Virus record (IMG/VR): IMGVR_UViG_3300037400_006508
Span: 79,526 to 143,525 of that record
DNA length: 64,000 bases
Reading direction: 5' to 3' (one strand)
DNA from: a virus
Lineage: Duplodnaviria; Caudoviricetes
Shown here: positions 38,381-48,200 of the stretch, piece after piece
Layout: each line of letters opens with the position of its first letter
Position numbering within the stretch: the first letter of the stretch is position 1
Position numbers and translations under genes: made by a program
The notes under the pieces: model-generated
What the model was told of the DNA's origin: nothing
What the model saw: only the letters and a program-made list of their open reading frames with translations
The model's database searches: none

Positions 38381-41031
38381 TGGCTAAATACATTGTCCCA
38401 CAAGTTCTGATCAATCAGCTGATCTCCGAGGTCAGCATGAACACGATCAAGAACCAGAATGTTCTGGTCATAGGACCGAACTACGAGTTGTTCCGATTCA
38501 CCGAAGCTGACGAAAAGCAGAAGTGCTACATCGGAGACTACACAGACCCGACCGGTCAGGAAGGCGGCGGAACCGTCGTCGACGAGGGCGAGCGCGAGTA
38601 CTCGGTAGAGAACGGAAACGCGTACGCCAACGTCAAGCTGAAGGTCGACAACCTCGCCGGACGCGTGGTCATCCCGTACCCGGGACAGGCTTCCACGACG
38701 ATTCCGGACGCCAACTACACGAAGGTGTTCGCGGACGAGGTGATCATCAAGCTCGCGTCTCTTGGAAGCTTCTACTTCCTGGACGACAAGGAGACCGCCG
38801 GACTCGACGCACGCCTGCGCTTCCCGTTCGCCCTTGCCGGCGACAAGCGCGGTTTTGCGACGAAGTACGTCTGCCGCTGCTACGTGGAGCCAACGGACGG
38901 AAAGTGCGTCGACGGTTGCGGAAAGGACCTTCAGCCCTACTTCGCCATCAGCTGGGCAGACGACTACGTCGATCCGACTGGCGCGCTGAAGCCCGGCCAG
39001 ATGAAGAATTTCCCGCGCAGCATCAATCCTGGCGACGCGATCCGCATTCCGTACGTCGGAACCGACGGTGCGGCCCATGTCTACAAGTCCACGATCGTCG
39101 AGGTGTTCGAATCCGTCAAGGAGAGCGGAATCTTCGACTCGGTGCAGCTTGCCGACACCCTTCCGGATGACTTCCCGAAGGACACTGTCACGATTCCGGC
39201 CGACCCGACCGACAAGTACTCGATCGCCTACGAGACCGAGCACTTCACGGCAGTCGAGGACAATACGATCCACCCGGTGTACCCGTGGGATCCGGGCGAG
39301 TGCGACAGCAACGATCTGGACAGCAACGACGACGGTACCGACATCCTCGGCGCCGTGCAGCTCTGCGCCCAGTTCTCCGACGTGGAGATCTCGCGCAAGA
39401 CCGGCGTTCGCCATGTCTGGAACTGGGACACCTACGCCGACACGGATCCAGGCAACGACGAGGACATCTTCGGCGTTGTCATCTCCGGCAACCTCAAGGC
39501 CCGCTACTCCAACTGGGATTCTTCGGATCCAGTCACGGGTCTCTCGCCGGAGTACCGCGTCCTGTCCGCACGTCTGTTCGTTCAGCACCGAGACCTTATC
39601 GTCTCGTCTGCCGGCGACATCACGTCGATCGCGTCCCACACGCTCGTCGAGCAGACGCTCGGCAAGCTGCATCCTGACAATCCGCTGGCGTTCGGCGTCT
39701 ACATGGCGGCTCTCAACTCCGGCGACAGGATCGTCTACTACTGCGGCATCCCGACCGACGATCTTTCCGGCTACAACGTGGCCCTCGGAAAGGCGACGAT
39801 GACGGACGACGTCTACTTCATCGTTCCTCTGTCCGGAGACGAGATGGTCGTTGATTCCGTCAAGGCCCACGTCGAGGAGATGTCAACCGCCGAGAACAAG
39901 CTCTGGCGCGTCGGATTCGTCTCGCAGACGCCGCCGAAGATCGACATGATCTACGACCAGACCAACAACCCGAGCAAGGAGGACTTCTACGTGCAGTTCA
40001 AGCTCGCGAAGGGTCGCGACTGGTACACGGACGGCGCCAACCTCATCCAGTTCATGAAGGACGAGGACATCGACGACGACAGCATCAACGTGGATGTAAA
40101 GTGCCTCAAGGACGTGAAGGTGGGAGACGTCGTCAAGATCTGGCTGGACAACAGCGACGACGACTGGGACGAAACCCCGCACTACACGGAGCGCTACGTC
40201 AAGAAGATCGTGTCCAACAGCGTGCTCCAGCTGGCCAAGCCGGTCTACCTGTGCGCTGGCGAAGAGACGATCGACGACGGAAACGAGAGCAACGACTACT
40301 GCTACCCGGACATGATCCCGAACGGCAAGACCCGCAACCACTTCAAGGTCGAGGTCTACCGCAAGCTGACGGCAACGCAGCAGGTACAGTACATCGCGGA
40401 CATGTCCAGCTCCCTGGCCACACGCCGCATGTACAACGTGTTCCCGTCCGTTGCGTCGACCGACGGAATCGTCTTCACCGGCGAGTTCCTCGCGGCGGCG
40501 GCAGCCGGACTTGCTTCGTCCGTTCTGCCCCAGCAGCCTCTGACGAACGTCGAGCTCAACGGCGTCGGCGACCTGCCCATCGTGTACCAGACGTACACGA
40601 GGGAGCAGCTCAACACGATCGCCGCCGGCGGTACGTTCATCATCATGCAGGAACGCCCGGGGTCGCAGGTCTACGTACGTCACCAGATTTCGACCGACTA
40701 CACGAGCAACAATCTGCTCAAGGCCGAGCTCTCGATCACGAAGAACCTTGACTCCATCTCTTACTACTTCGCGGAGCTGTTCGCCCCGATGATCGGTAAG
40801 TACAACATCACGCCGGAGCTCATCGGAGTTCTTCGCGTGAAGCTGGAGCAGGGCCTCAGGATGCTCGAGACCTCCACCGCGGCAGGCCTTTACGGCCCGC
40901 AGGTTCTGGCCGAAGGCACGGAGATCCTGGAGCTGCACCAGGACGAGGTACACAGGGACCATGTCTACGCAAAGGTCCACCTGAACCTGCCTGTGCCGTT
41001 CAACTACTTCGACCTCGATCTTGAAATCTAA
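38380..41031 (+). CDS. contractile tail sheath protein
   Basis: 883 aa. N-terminal YIVPQVLINQ..VLVIGP; C-terminal sheath domain (AAAAAGL..PQQPLTN, VRHQIST, ELSITKNLD, PVPFNYFDL). Strong codon bias. Confidence 0.88.
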   Translation: MAKYIVPQVLINQLISEVSMNTIKNQNVLVIGPNYELFRFTEADEKQKCYIGDYTDPTGQEGGGTVVDEGEREYSVENGNAYANVKLKVDNLAGRVVIPYPGQASTTIPDANYTKVFADEVIIKLASLGSFYFLDDKETAGLDARLRFPFALAGDKRGFATKYVCRCYVEPTDGKCVDGCGKDLQPYFAISWADDYVDPTGALKPGQMKNFPRSINPGDAIRIPYVGTDGAAHVYKSTIVEVFESVKESGIFDSVQLADTLPDDFPKDTVTIPADPTDKYSIAYETEHFTAVEDNTIHPVYPWDPGECDSNDLDSNDDGTDILGAVQLCAQFSDVEISRKTGVRHVWNWDTYADTDPGNDEDIFGVVISGNLKARYSNWDSSDPVTGLSPEYRVLSARLFVQHRDLIVSSAGDITSIASHTLVEQTLGKLHPDNPLAFGVYMAALNSGDRIVYYCGIPTDDLSGYNVALGKATMTDDVYFIVPLSGDEMVVDSVKAHVEEMSTAENKLWRVGFVSQTPPKIDMIYDQTNNPSKEDFYVQFKLAKGRDWYTDGANLIQFMKDEDIDDDSINVDVKCLKDVKVGDVVKIWLDNSDDDWDETPHYTERYVKKIVSNSVLQLAKPVYLCAGEETIDDGNESNDYCYPDMIPNGKTRNHFKVEVYRKLTATQQVQYIADMSSSLATRRMYNVFPSVASTDGIVFTGEFLAAAAAGLASSVLPQQPLTNVELNGVGDLPIVYQTYTREQLNTIAAGGTFIIMQERPGSQVYVRHQISTDYTSNNLLKAELSITKNLDSISYYFAELFAPMIGKYNITPELIGVLRVKLEQGLRMLETSTAAGLYGPQVLAEGTEILELHQDEVHRDHVYAKVHLNLPVPFNYFDLDLEI

Positions 41032-41050
41032 AGAAAAGGAGAGCTAGAAA

Positions 41051-41533
41051 ATGGCTGACGATTCAACAGACGTGTTTGGCTACAAGAGCACCCTTCCAGT
41101 CAGGCAGCCCGGATTCAAGGATCCGGCTTCCAGCGAAGGCCTGCTCAAGCTGGACAGCAAGCCTGTAGCGCTCATCCAGAACTGGTCGGTCCAGTACCAG
41201 ATGAACGTTACCCCGATCTACGAATGTGGTTCATCCACTGTCACGTGGTCCGCGAAACATGGAAGCGGAACTCTGCAGATAGGAAGGATCATAAACGAGG
41301 ATCCCACAGAGACGCTCGCGTCCCTCGGTACGGTCTGCGTACCGAAAGATCCACAGATCACCGCGTACTCCGGGTGCGACAACGTCGGAAAACCTGTCGT
41401 TCTCACGCTGACCGGATGTGTTGCGGCTAGCATCGGTTTCTCGGGGCAGGCGCAGAACGCCTACATCTCCGAGGACATCGGCGCGCAGTTCGCGATGCTG
41501 AAGGTGTCAGGCGGCGGACAGCAGGGCGGCTAA
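41051..41533 (+). CDS. tail tube protein
   Basis: 160 aa after sheath. LIQNWSVQYQMNVTPIYECGS..GTLQIGRI..LTGC. Confidence 0.8.
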   Translation: MADDSTDVFGYKSTLPVRQPGFKDPASSEGLLKLDSKPVALIQNWSVQYQMNVTPIYECGSSTVTWSAKHGSGTLQIGRIINEDPTETLASLGTVCVPKDPQITAYSGCDNVGKPVVLTLTGCVAASIGFSGQAQNAYISEDIGAQFAMLKVSGGGQQGG

Positions 41534-41579
41534 GGACCAGATGGCCCGTAGACAGACCATTCGGTTCGTCTAACACGGC

Positions 41580-41611
41580 AAAAAGACCCGGGGTTCGCCC
41601 CGGGTCTTTTT
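41580..41611. terminator. bidirectional rho-independent terminator
   Basis: aaaaagacccgggg-ttcg-ccccgggtcttttt perfect inverted repeat. Confidence 0.93.
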
Positions 41612-41622
41612 GTATCATAAAG

Positions 41623-41651
41623 TTGACTCTATACATGCCATGTGCTAATAT
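41623..41651 (+). promoter_or_regulatory. sigma70-like promoter TTGACT-N17-TAATAT with extended -10 TG
   Basis: Directly after the terminator. AAGGA RBS and ATG at 41672 follow. Confidence 0.7.
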
Positions 41652-41671
41652 ACGCCGCAAGGAACGACACC

Positions 41672-44053
41672 ATGTTTTGGAAGAAAAGAAGAGACAGCTC
41701 CTCTCGGCAGCTAAATTCTCAGGTTGGCGCATCGACGGGGGCGGCTCCGGTAGGGTACGACCCAACCGGCGGTGCTGCGAGGATGGCAATCTATGGCGAG
41801 ACGAAGCTCGTAATAGAGGAGGGGATCGTCATACGCGGCGGCGTAGGCGGGTACGACTGCACCGTAAAGATACGCGGACAGCTGATACCGTGTTCCACCC
41901 TGTCAAGGCAGCAGTCTTTGGCTTTCGGCGTAGGAGAGGGAAACATTCCCGTCGAGGGAACCCATGTTCTTGTGATCCTGAACGACAGGAACCCGAGCTT
42001 CGGGTGGATCGTTTCGGCGGCCCCGATGGGTCAGCATGTGCTGAACCAGGAGGACGCGACAAAAAGGCGCGTTCATTCGTTCTATCCGAATGACAAGTTC
42101 AGGATCTATAGTGAAAACTGCGCGTATATCGTTCCGTTCATGGATAAGAAGTGGAGCGGCAAGAAGTGGCTGAACACCAACCGCGCCAACGATATACTCC
42201 CCGGCGAGTCGATGATGGAGAACGAGAGCCACGCCGGGATGCTCGTATCCATGTACCAGTCGGAAATAACGGCGGGTGACAGTTTCGTACGCGTAGATAG
42301 AATGGACGACGCTATAAGGGAGCGGTCCACCAATTTCACGCATTGGTCCAACGAGCATGCGGTAAGCGAGTTCAATGACGGAGGCCATATATCAGCAGAG
42401 GGAAGGTACTATTCATATCAGGGCGAGCTTCTTGGCACGGAGGGGCACAAGGGCCCGCATTATCACTTGCCAAGCGAAACGGAGAACAGGGAGCCAAGGC
42501 CGAGAATACGTTTTTGGAAGAGCTTCCTTGGAAATCTTCTTAGCTACTTCGTTGTTAGGGCTAGAAGAACAAAGAGTGATTTTGATACGACGCTGGCCAG
42601 TATGCATGTGAGTCAGGCCGGGAATGTCATTATAAAGGCTGGCGGTGGCGTATCTCTTGAGAGGTACGAGAGGATTCCTACGCCGAAGAGGCTCAAGCAC
42701 GCCTGGGATCCGCAGGGAGACAGGGAGGTGCCCTGTCCGCACGAGCCGTTCAAGCCGTTTATCGTCGAAAATCCGCATGACAGAGGTTTGGCAGAGGCCA
42801 GTAAACAAGCATGGGAAGTGAAAACCCACTACCAAAGATGGGATGAGCTCAAGAAGGATTTCAAGGTTCAGAACGAGGATGAGGTAAAGTTGCCTCAGGA
42901 TGACGATGAGGACCCAAAGCATTCAAACGAGATAAGGTACACCAAGTATAGGGATAGGCATGCAGGTTTGTTCATAGGAGATGACGGCTCAATCATTATA
43001 CGTGATACATGGGGGTCAGAGATCGTAATGCTGGGAGGAAACATCCTTATCAATTCGCCCGGCAATGTTATTACAACTACGAACAAGGACATAGTCTCTA
43101 TAGCTCGCGGTACGGTAGCCATGCGCGGCACGGAGTCTGCCGAGCTTACTTCTGAGGAAAAACACGTAAGAATACACGCCAAGCAGCTCGTTGAAATAGC
43201 CGGCGGCATAGACAGCGAAACCGGTGGAGTTTTGATTGAGTCCGTGGCTAAGGGATCTATTGTAAAGGCTCCGGAGGAGGCTGGGGAAAAGGCCAGGATA
43301 GCCGGCGTAGTTGTACGTTCCGAGAACGCCGGATGCTCGATTAGCGGGAATAACACTTATGTTACCGGGCGTGACAACGTGTTTATTACCGGTGGTCCTG
43401 ATGGGGCGATCCGGGAGGGCAACGTGTTCATCGACGGTAAAATGGTAATTGAGACGGCGGACAAGACGTATGCGGCCGTGTCGCACCAGACCATAGAAAT
43501 AATAACCGAGAACGTTGCCGCGATGGCGTCTCCCAACTACGCCCTTCTAGCGGGTGACAAGGGTGCAACGATCCTCAATGCACGTAAAATCACAATACCG
43601 TGGATACGTGTCGATGCGGATCTTAGCAAGTTGTTCGCCGACGCACAGGAGATATTCGACCGGTTGCAGGACTCCGCTATAATCATGCCTTTCTCCTGGG
43701 ATAATCTGTGTGCCAATGCGGTGTTCTCGTTCCGTTCGGCTGTTGAAGCCAAGACAAACGAGGGCATAGAGCCATGGAAAAAGAACGAAAACTTCACCAT
43801 GTACGAGCCGTGGTGGCAGGTTATGAAGAAGCTAGGAGACCCGAATATAGAGAAGGCTACCCCGTATCATCCGAAGGCCGAGACCGTGCATAAGACAAAG
43901 TGCTGGCCCTATCTTCCGTCGATAGAGGAGGGCGACTTCAGAAACGTCGAGCTTCCTGTCAACATAAAGGTATGGTGGTCGAAGCCAAGGGAAGACCTGG
44001 CCAACACGGAGGAGAATTTGAAGGACTATCCTATGTCTGAATTCATGGTCTAG
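41672..44053 (+). CDS. baseplate central spike (gp5/VgrG-like, putative)
   Basis: N-terminal OB-fold-like PVEGTHVLVIL. Beta-helix-like repeats LFIGDDGSIIIRDTWGSEIVMLGGNILINSPGNV. True start probably 41672. Confidence 0.6.
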   Translation: MFWKKRRDSSSRQLNSQVGASTGAAPVGYDPTGGAARMAIYGETKLVIEEGIVIRGGVGGYDCTVKIRGQLIPCSTLSRQQSLAFGVGEGNIPVEGTHVLVILNDRNPSFGWIVSAAPMGQHVLNQEDATKRRVHSFYPNDKFRIYSENCAYIVPFMDKKWSGKKWLNTNRANDILPGESMMENESHAGMLVSMYQSEITAGDSFVRVDRMDDAIRERSTNFTHWSNEHAVSEFNDGGHISAEGRYYSYQGELLGTEGHKGPHYHLPSETENREPRPRIRFWKSFLGNLLSYFVVRARRTKSDFDTTLASMHVSQAGNVIIKAGGGVSLERYERIPTPKRLKHAWDPQGDREVPCPHEPFKPFIVENPHDRGLAEASKQAWEVKTHYQRWDELKKDFKVQNEDEVKLPQDDDEDPKHSNEIRYTKYRDRHAGLFIGDDGSIIIRDTWGSEIVMLGGNILINSPGNVITTTNKDIVSIARGTVAMRGTESAELTSEEKHVRIHAKQLVEIAGGIDSETGGVLIESVAKGSIVKAPEEAGEKARIAGVVVRSENAGCSISGNNTYVTGRDNVFITGGPDGAIREGNVFIDGKMVIETADKTYAAVSHQTIEIITENVAAMASPNYALLAGDKGATILNARKITIPWIRVDADLSKLFADAQEIFDRLQDSAIIMPFSWDNLCANAVFSFRSAVEAKTNEGIEPWKKNENFTMYEPWWQVMKKLGDPNIEKATPYHPKAETVHKTKCWPYLPSIEEGDFRNVELPVNIKVWWSKPREDLANTEENLKDYPMSEFMV

Positions 44054-44076
44054 CAAAAGAAACGGAAAACAAAGAA

Positions 44077-44865
44077 ATGGAAATCGTAGGCGACAAGGAC
44101 GCACTGAACCAGAATACGGTCGATGCCAGGCCGGCAGACCCAGCGGGTGACGCTGGTACCGAACAAAGCAGAGAAGCTGTAATAAACAACTTTAATTTCG
44201 CGATGGCGGAGGCGCATGCCGAGGCCGATGCCGCAGTCGCAAAGTCGGCGCAAAGCGAGCCGGAGAGCGGCGGTATGGTCGGCAAGTCCGTTGATGTTGT
44301 CGATCATGTTTCGTCCGACTCGGATTTGAAATCAGCCCTCATAGACAAGATGAAGGAGCTTGATTCCATGTCATCGAAGGACCGTACGGTCAAGATAGAA
44401 CAGAAGCACAAGGACGCGTTTTTGGACTGCATCGTCAGCGGTGAAAGGTACATGGAGGAGTTTAGTCTTTTCGGCGGCAAGATACGAGTCAAGGTAAGGT
44501 GCCGCAGCTCCGAAGAGACAGACGCTATCGAGGCGTATGCAAGGCGCGAGATATCGGCCGGCAGAATAACGCTAAATTCCGAATACGCGACTCTTATGAG
44601 AAAGTTGCTTCTAGCCGCTCAAATAGAGGAGGTAAACGGCGTGAAATATGATACTCTCAAGAAGCCGTTGTTCTATATTGAGACCAAGGACGGTCTGACG
44701 CCTCCGGCGTGGTCCGACCAGATAGACTTGTGGGCTTCCAAGCCAGATTACCTGGTAGCCAGTCTGTTTGAATGCATCATAGGTTTCGAAGCCAGGTACT
44801 GGGGTATGATACGGGAGTCCAAAAATGAAAATTTTTGGAAATCCGGCGAGTCTACCGGGGCATAG
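44077..44865 (+). CDS. tail assembly chaperone (gpG-like)
   Basis: Upstream of tape measure. Ends just after a slippery heptamer. Confidence 0.7.
   Translation: MEIVGDKDALNQNTVDARPADPAGDAGTEQSREAVINNFNFAMAEAHAEADAAVAKSAQSEPESGGMVGKSVDVVDHVSSDSDLKSALIDKMKELDSMSSKDRTVKIEQKHKDAFLDCIVSGERYMEEFSLFGGKIRVKVRCRSSEETDAIEAYARREISAGRITLNSEYATLMRKLLLAAQIEEVNGVKYDTLKKPLFYIETKDGLTPPAWSDQIDLWASKPDYLVASLFECIIGFEARYWGMIRESKNENFWKSGESTGA
44829..44835 (+). other. programmed -1 ribosomal frameshift site A_AAT_TTT
   Basis: In-frame X_XXY_YYZ heptamer. The -1 frame is exactly the open frame 44835..45242. Confidence 0.85.
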
Positions 44866-45242
44866 AGGAGTCTGCACTCCTTGGTAGGTACGACGGGCTG
44901 GTGTATCCGCATTCCTACCTTGCGCGTAATCTCCGTTTCAGGTACCGGGAGTACAGGGACCTCATGGAAAGGTCGTACTTCAGGATGGTATCGCTATCTT
45001 CGTTGTACGGTAACCCAAAAACGGATATCAAGGCCGGAAACAGGTCGTTCAAGAACAACCTAGAGCTGGCAAGCAGATTCATTCCGTACTATAATGCAAA
45101 CAAGTCCGCTTCTACGGTGGTGTCAGAGCGAGAAAGAGGCGTAGCCCTGTTCAACGCGATAAAGAAGAGGATAACTTCGAAAATGCTTGACGATTACAAC
45201 AAGGCGATTTCAGCAGGTACTGCATCCGTTAAGTTTTCATGA
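44835..45242 (+). CDS. tail assembly chaperone C-terminal extension (gpT-like, expressed by frameshift)
   Basis: No convincing RBS/ATG. Overlaps the upstream gene in the -1 frame. Ends in an ATGA overlap with the tape measure gene. Confidence 0.75.
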   Translation: MEIRRVYRGIEESALLGRYDGLVYPHSYLARNLRFRYREYRDLMERSYFRMVSLSSLYGNPKTDIKAGNRSFKNNLELASRFIPYYNANKSASTVVSERERGVALFNAIKKRITSKMLDDYNKAISAGTASVKFS

Positions 45243-48200
45243 GCGAGTTAGACATAGGAAAATTGGCTGACGAGCTCGTGGAGCGAATGAAGCCGAAGAC
45301 CATGCAGGTCCAGGACTATAGTTTCTCTGGATATGCATCGCCGATGTCCGGCGTTGGCGGAAATCCGTACGATCTTGCCTCGCTCCAGCCGGAGCCAGAT
45401 AGCTTTCTTGGGTTTTTAGGCGGGTTTGGCGGCATAGTCGCCAAGCTGCTTGGCCTCACTGCGGAAGACAAGAACGGAACGGAGGTACCTATATTCAAGA
45501 CGAACTTCCGTATGCAGGACAGAAATCTGCCTGCGTTCAAGAACAGCATGCTTGGCAACAACAGGCGTGTCATGGGAAGCGCGTCGTCCGGCTCATCCCC
45601 TCTGGCCGTCAACGCCCTTACCAGGCTGTTCGATGACGATTCCGTCTTCGGCAGGTGGCTGAACGAGACGGACAGCAACGGAAAACCGGTTCTGCCGGAT
45701 GCTGACAGGGCGTTTTTCGGCGGTATACAGAATGTCGTTCGGAACGAGAACGTCGCACCTATGTTGATCCCGCTTATGAATATGCTGACCGGACAGGACC
45801 GGGGGCTCAGCGCCAATGTGATGAACGCGAGTTCGTTCCAGATGGTAGGGGGTCTGGGGTCTACGCATGGATTCGGCTACAACACGGATACAGGTCGAAA
45901 CAAGTTCAACCTAGACAGCGTATTTGGAGACGACTATACGAGGCAGCGCATGGCGGCTGCAAGGATGGGTTCGCAGGCGGCGTACGATCTGACATGGGAT
46001 GGCCTGGTAAGGAGGGACAGCGTCCATGGCGCGTCGGAGACGCTCGTCGGACAGATTGTCAGCGATGCCATAAGGACTGGTGCCCTCGACAAGGATCTTG
46101 GCCGGTTCACCGTAGGAAGGTATGACGAGACTGGCGGAAGCCGGGAGGATGTTGAGTTCCATAGGCTTGGGGCGGAAGAAAGGCTTAAGGCAGCCGAGAG
46201 AACCGGAGACAGGGAATCAGCGAAGAAACTGCGGGAGGAGATTCGCAGGTACGACGATCGTCTTTCATATTTTGGAGCCATGGACGACAAGGCCGATATA
46301 CAGGATAAGAAGGTAGATGCAGAGGCAAGGCTCCGTACCGCCGTTCAAGAAGGAAACTATGACGAAGAAAGGCGCATAAGGGAGGAGATAACCGGGTACG
46401 ACGATCGTCTGGCGTATCTTGAAAATTCCGGATCCAGGGAGGACAGGGGCAGGGCTGCCGACAGAACGTCGGATATGATAAGACGGCAGGGAGAGCTTCG
46501 CAGGAAGAGATTTGACGCCGAAAAGAGGCTGTCCGCCGCCGAGGAAGCCGGGAATGAAGACGAGGCGGCCAGGATACAGGACGAGCTGTCCGGTTACGAG
46601 CAGCAGTTGGATACGCTAAGTCCGGAGATAGACAACAGGCTGTCGGATGTAGGCAGAAGCGTAAATGGCCTTGATACCAGGGATGTAAACGACAGGATAG
46701 CCACCCTAATCCGTCACCAGGACGATTTGCGCGGCGCGAAACTGGAGCTTGGACAGTCCAGACGAGACGCGGAAAGCCGCGGAGATGCAGACGCTGTAAA
46801 GGAGATAGACGATCAGATAAGGGAGTATGACGTAAAGATAAACGCCCTTTCCGCTCAGATAAAAAGCCTTGGCGACAGGGTACGGGATGCTGCTGAACCG
46901 CTGGTCGATGCTGTCACGGGGGTGGTTGACTCGTTGAAGGACTTCTACGGGTCGGAGGAGGAATCCAAGAAAGCCCTCGACCAGATGACGGGTGGAGAGG
47001 GGTCAAAGAATGCGGAAGCCGCAAGGACGCTTACAAGGCAGCTTGACGAGATAAAGATGACCGGATTGATGGCCGGTTTCGATCCGTCGCAGACCGGCGC
47101 GTTCATGAACGAGATGATGGCTCGTTCTTTTAACGACGAGAGGAGCGCTCTGGCCGCCGGAAGCAATGCGCAGTCCCAGTTTGGAATGGCGCTTACAGGC
47201 ATGTCTCTTAGAGCCGCATCCGGTATAGCCGATACAAGGGAGAGGCGGCTTTACATGAATGCCGCCAGGGAGTATGCGTCGTCGGCCGATAAATCTCGTG
47301 GTAAAAATCTTAGTTTCTCCCTGGAGGCAATGAGGCGGGAGGGTATGGTAGGCGGGGAAGAATACGCGTCTCTAAACGATATGCTTACATCGGGAAGAAA
47401 GGGTACGATAAACCAAGCCGAGAGAAGGATTGCACAGCTGCTTGGAGGCGGTTCCGTCGAGGAGGGCATGAGGATGCTCAACGATCCTTCGTCGATGGCG
47501 CGGCTTGCCGGATCGTTGAATCTCGAGGATGCAAAGACGGCCAGCGAGCGGTTCGACCTCATGCACAGGAACGAGCTTGACGTTGTCGGAAGGGCTGCAG
47601 CTCGAAGGGCCGATGTACGCAGGGGCAAGTCTGCTTTGGTTGACGCCGGCATGAAGAGGCGCGACGTGGACAATAGCGTTGAGCTGGCAAGATCGGGAGC
47701 CTTGAGATCCGAGCTCGACAGCATCATACAGACCGAGGGCATTGACTCCGAGACTTTAAAGTCCGCGAATGCGGCCCTCGCGCAGTACGATATAGATTAC
47801 AAGGATGGTCTGGATAGATACAACGGAGACAAGGCGAAGGCTGCGGAGTATGCCAATCAGAGGTTTAGGGCCAATTATGAGACGATGCTGCCACCGGAGG
47901 TTCGGGAAAGGATAAGGAACGCCGAGCATGACGCCTCCATGGATACCCTGAACGGTCTCAGGGATTTCAGGGACGAAGAAGGAAACGTGGTTGACGTAAC
48001 CACCACCGGAAACGGAAATCTTGATATGTATCTAGAGGGCGTCGGCGCGTTTGGCACCGACCATCGTATGAACAGGAGCGCGTTCACGAAGGTGTATACC
48101 CAGACGTTGGACACGCTTCTCAGGAATGATACGCTGCGCGATAAGGACGGCAACAAGTTCGATAGAAAATATCTGCAGGACACGAAGGAGAAGATAGATG

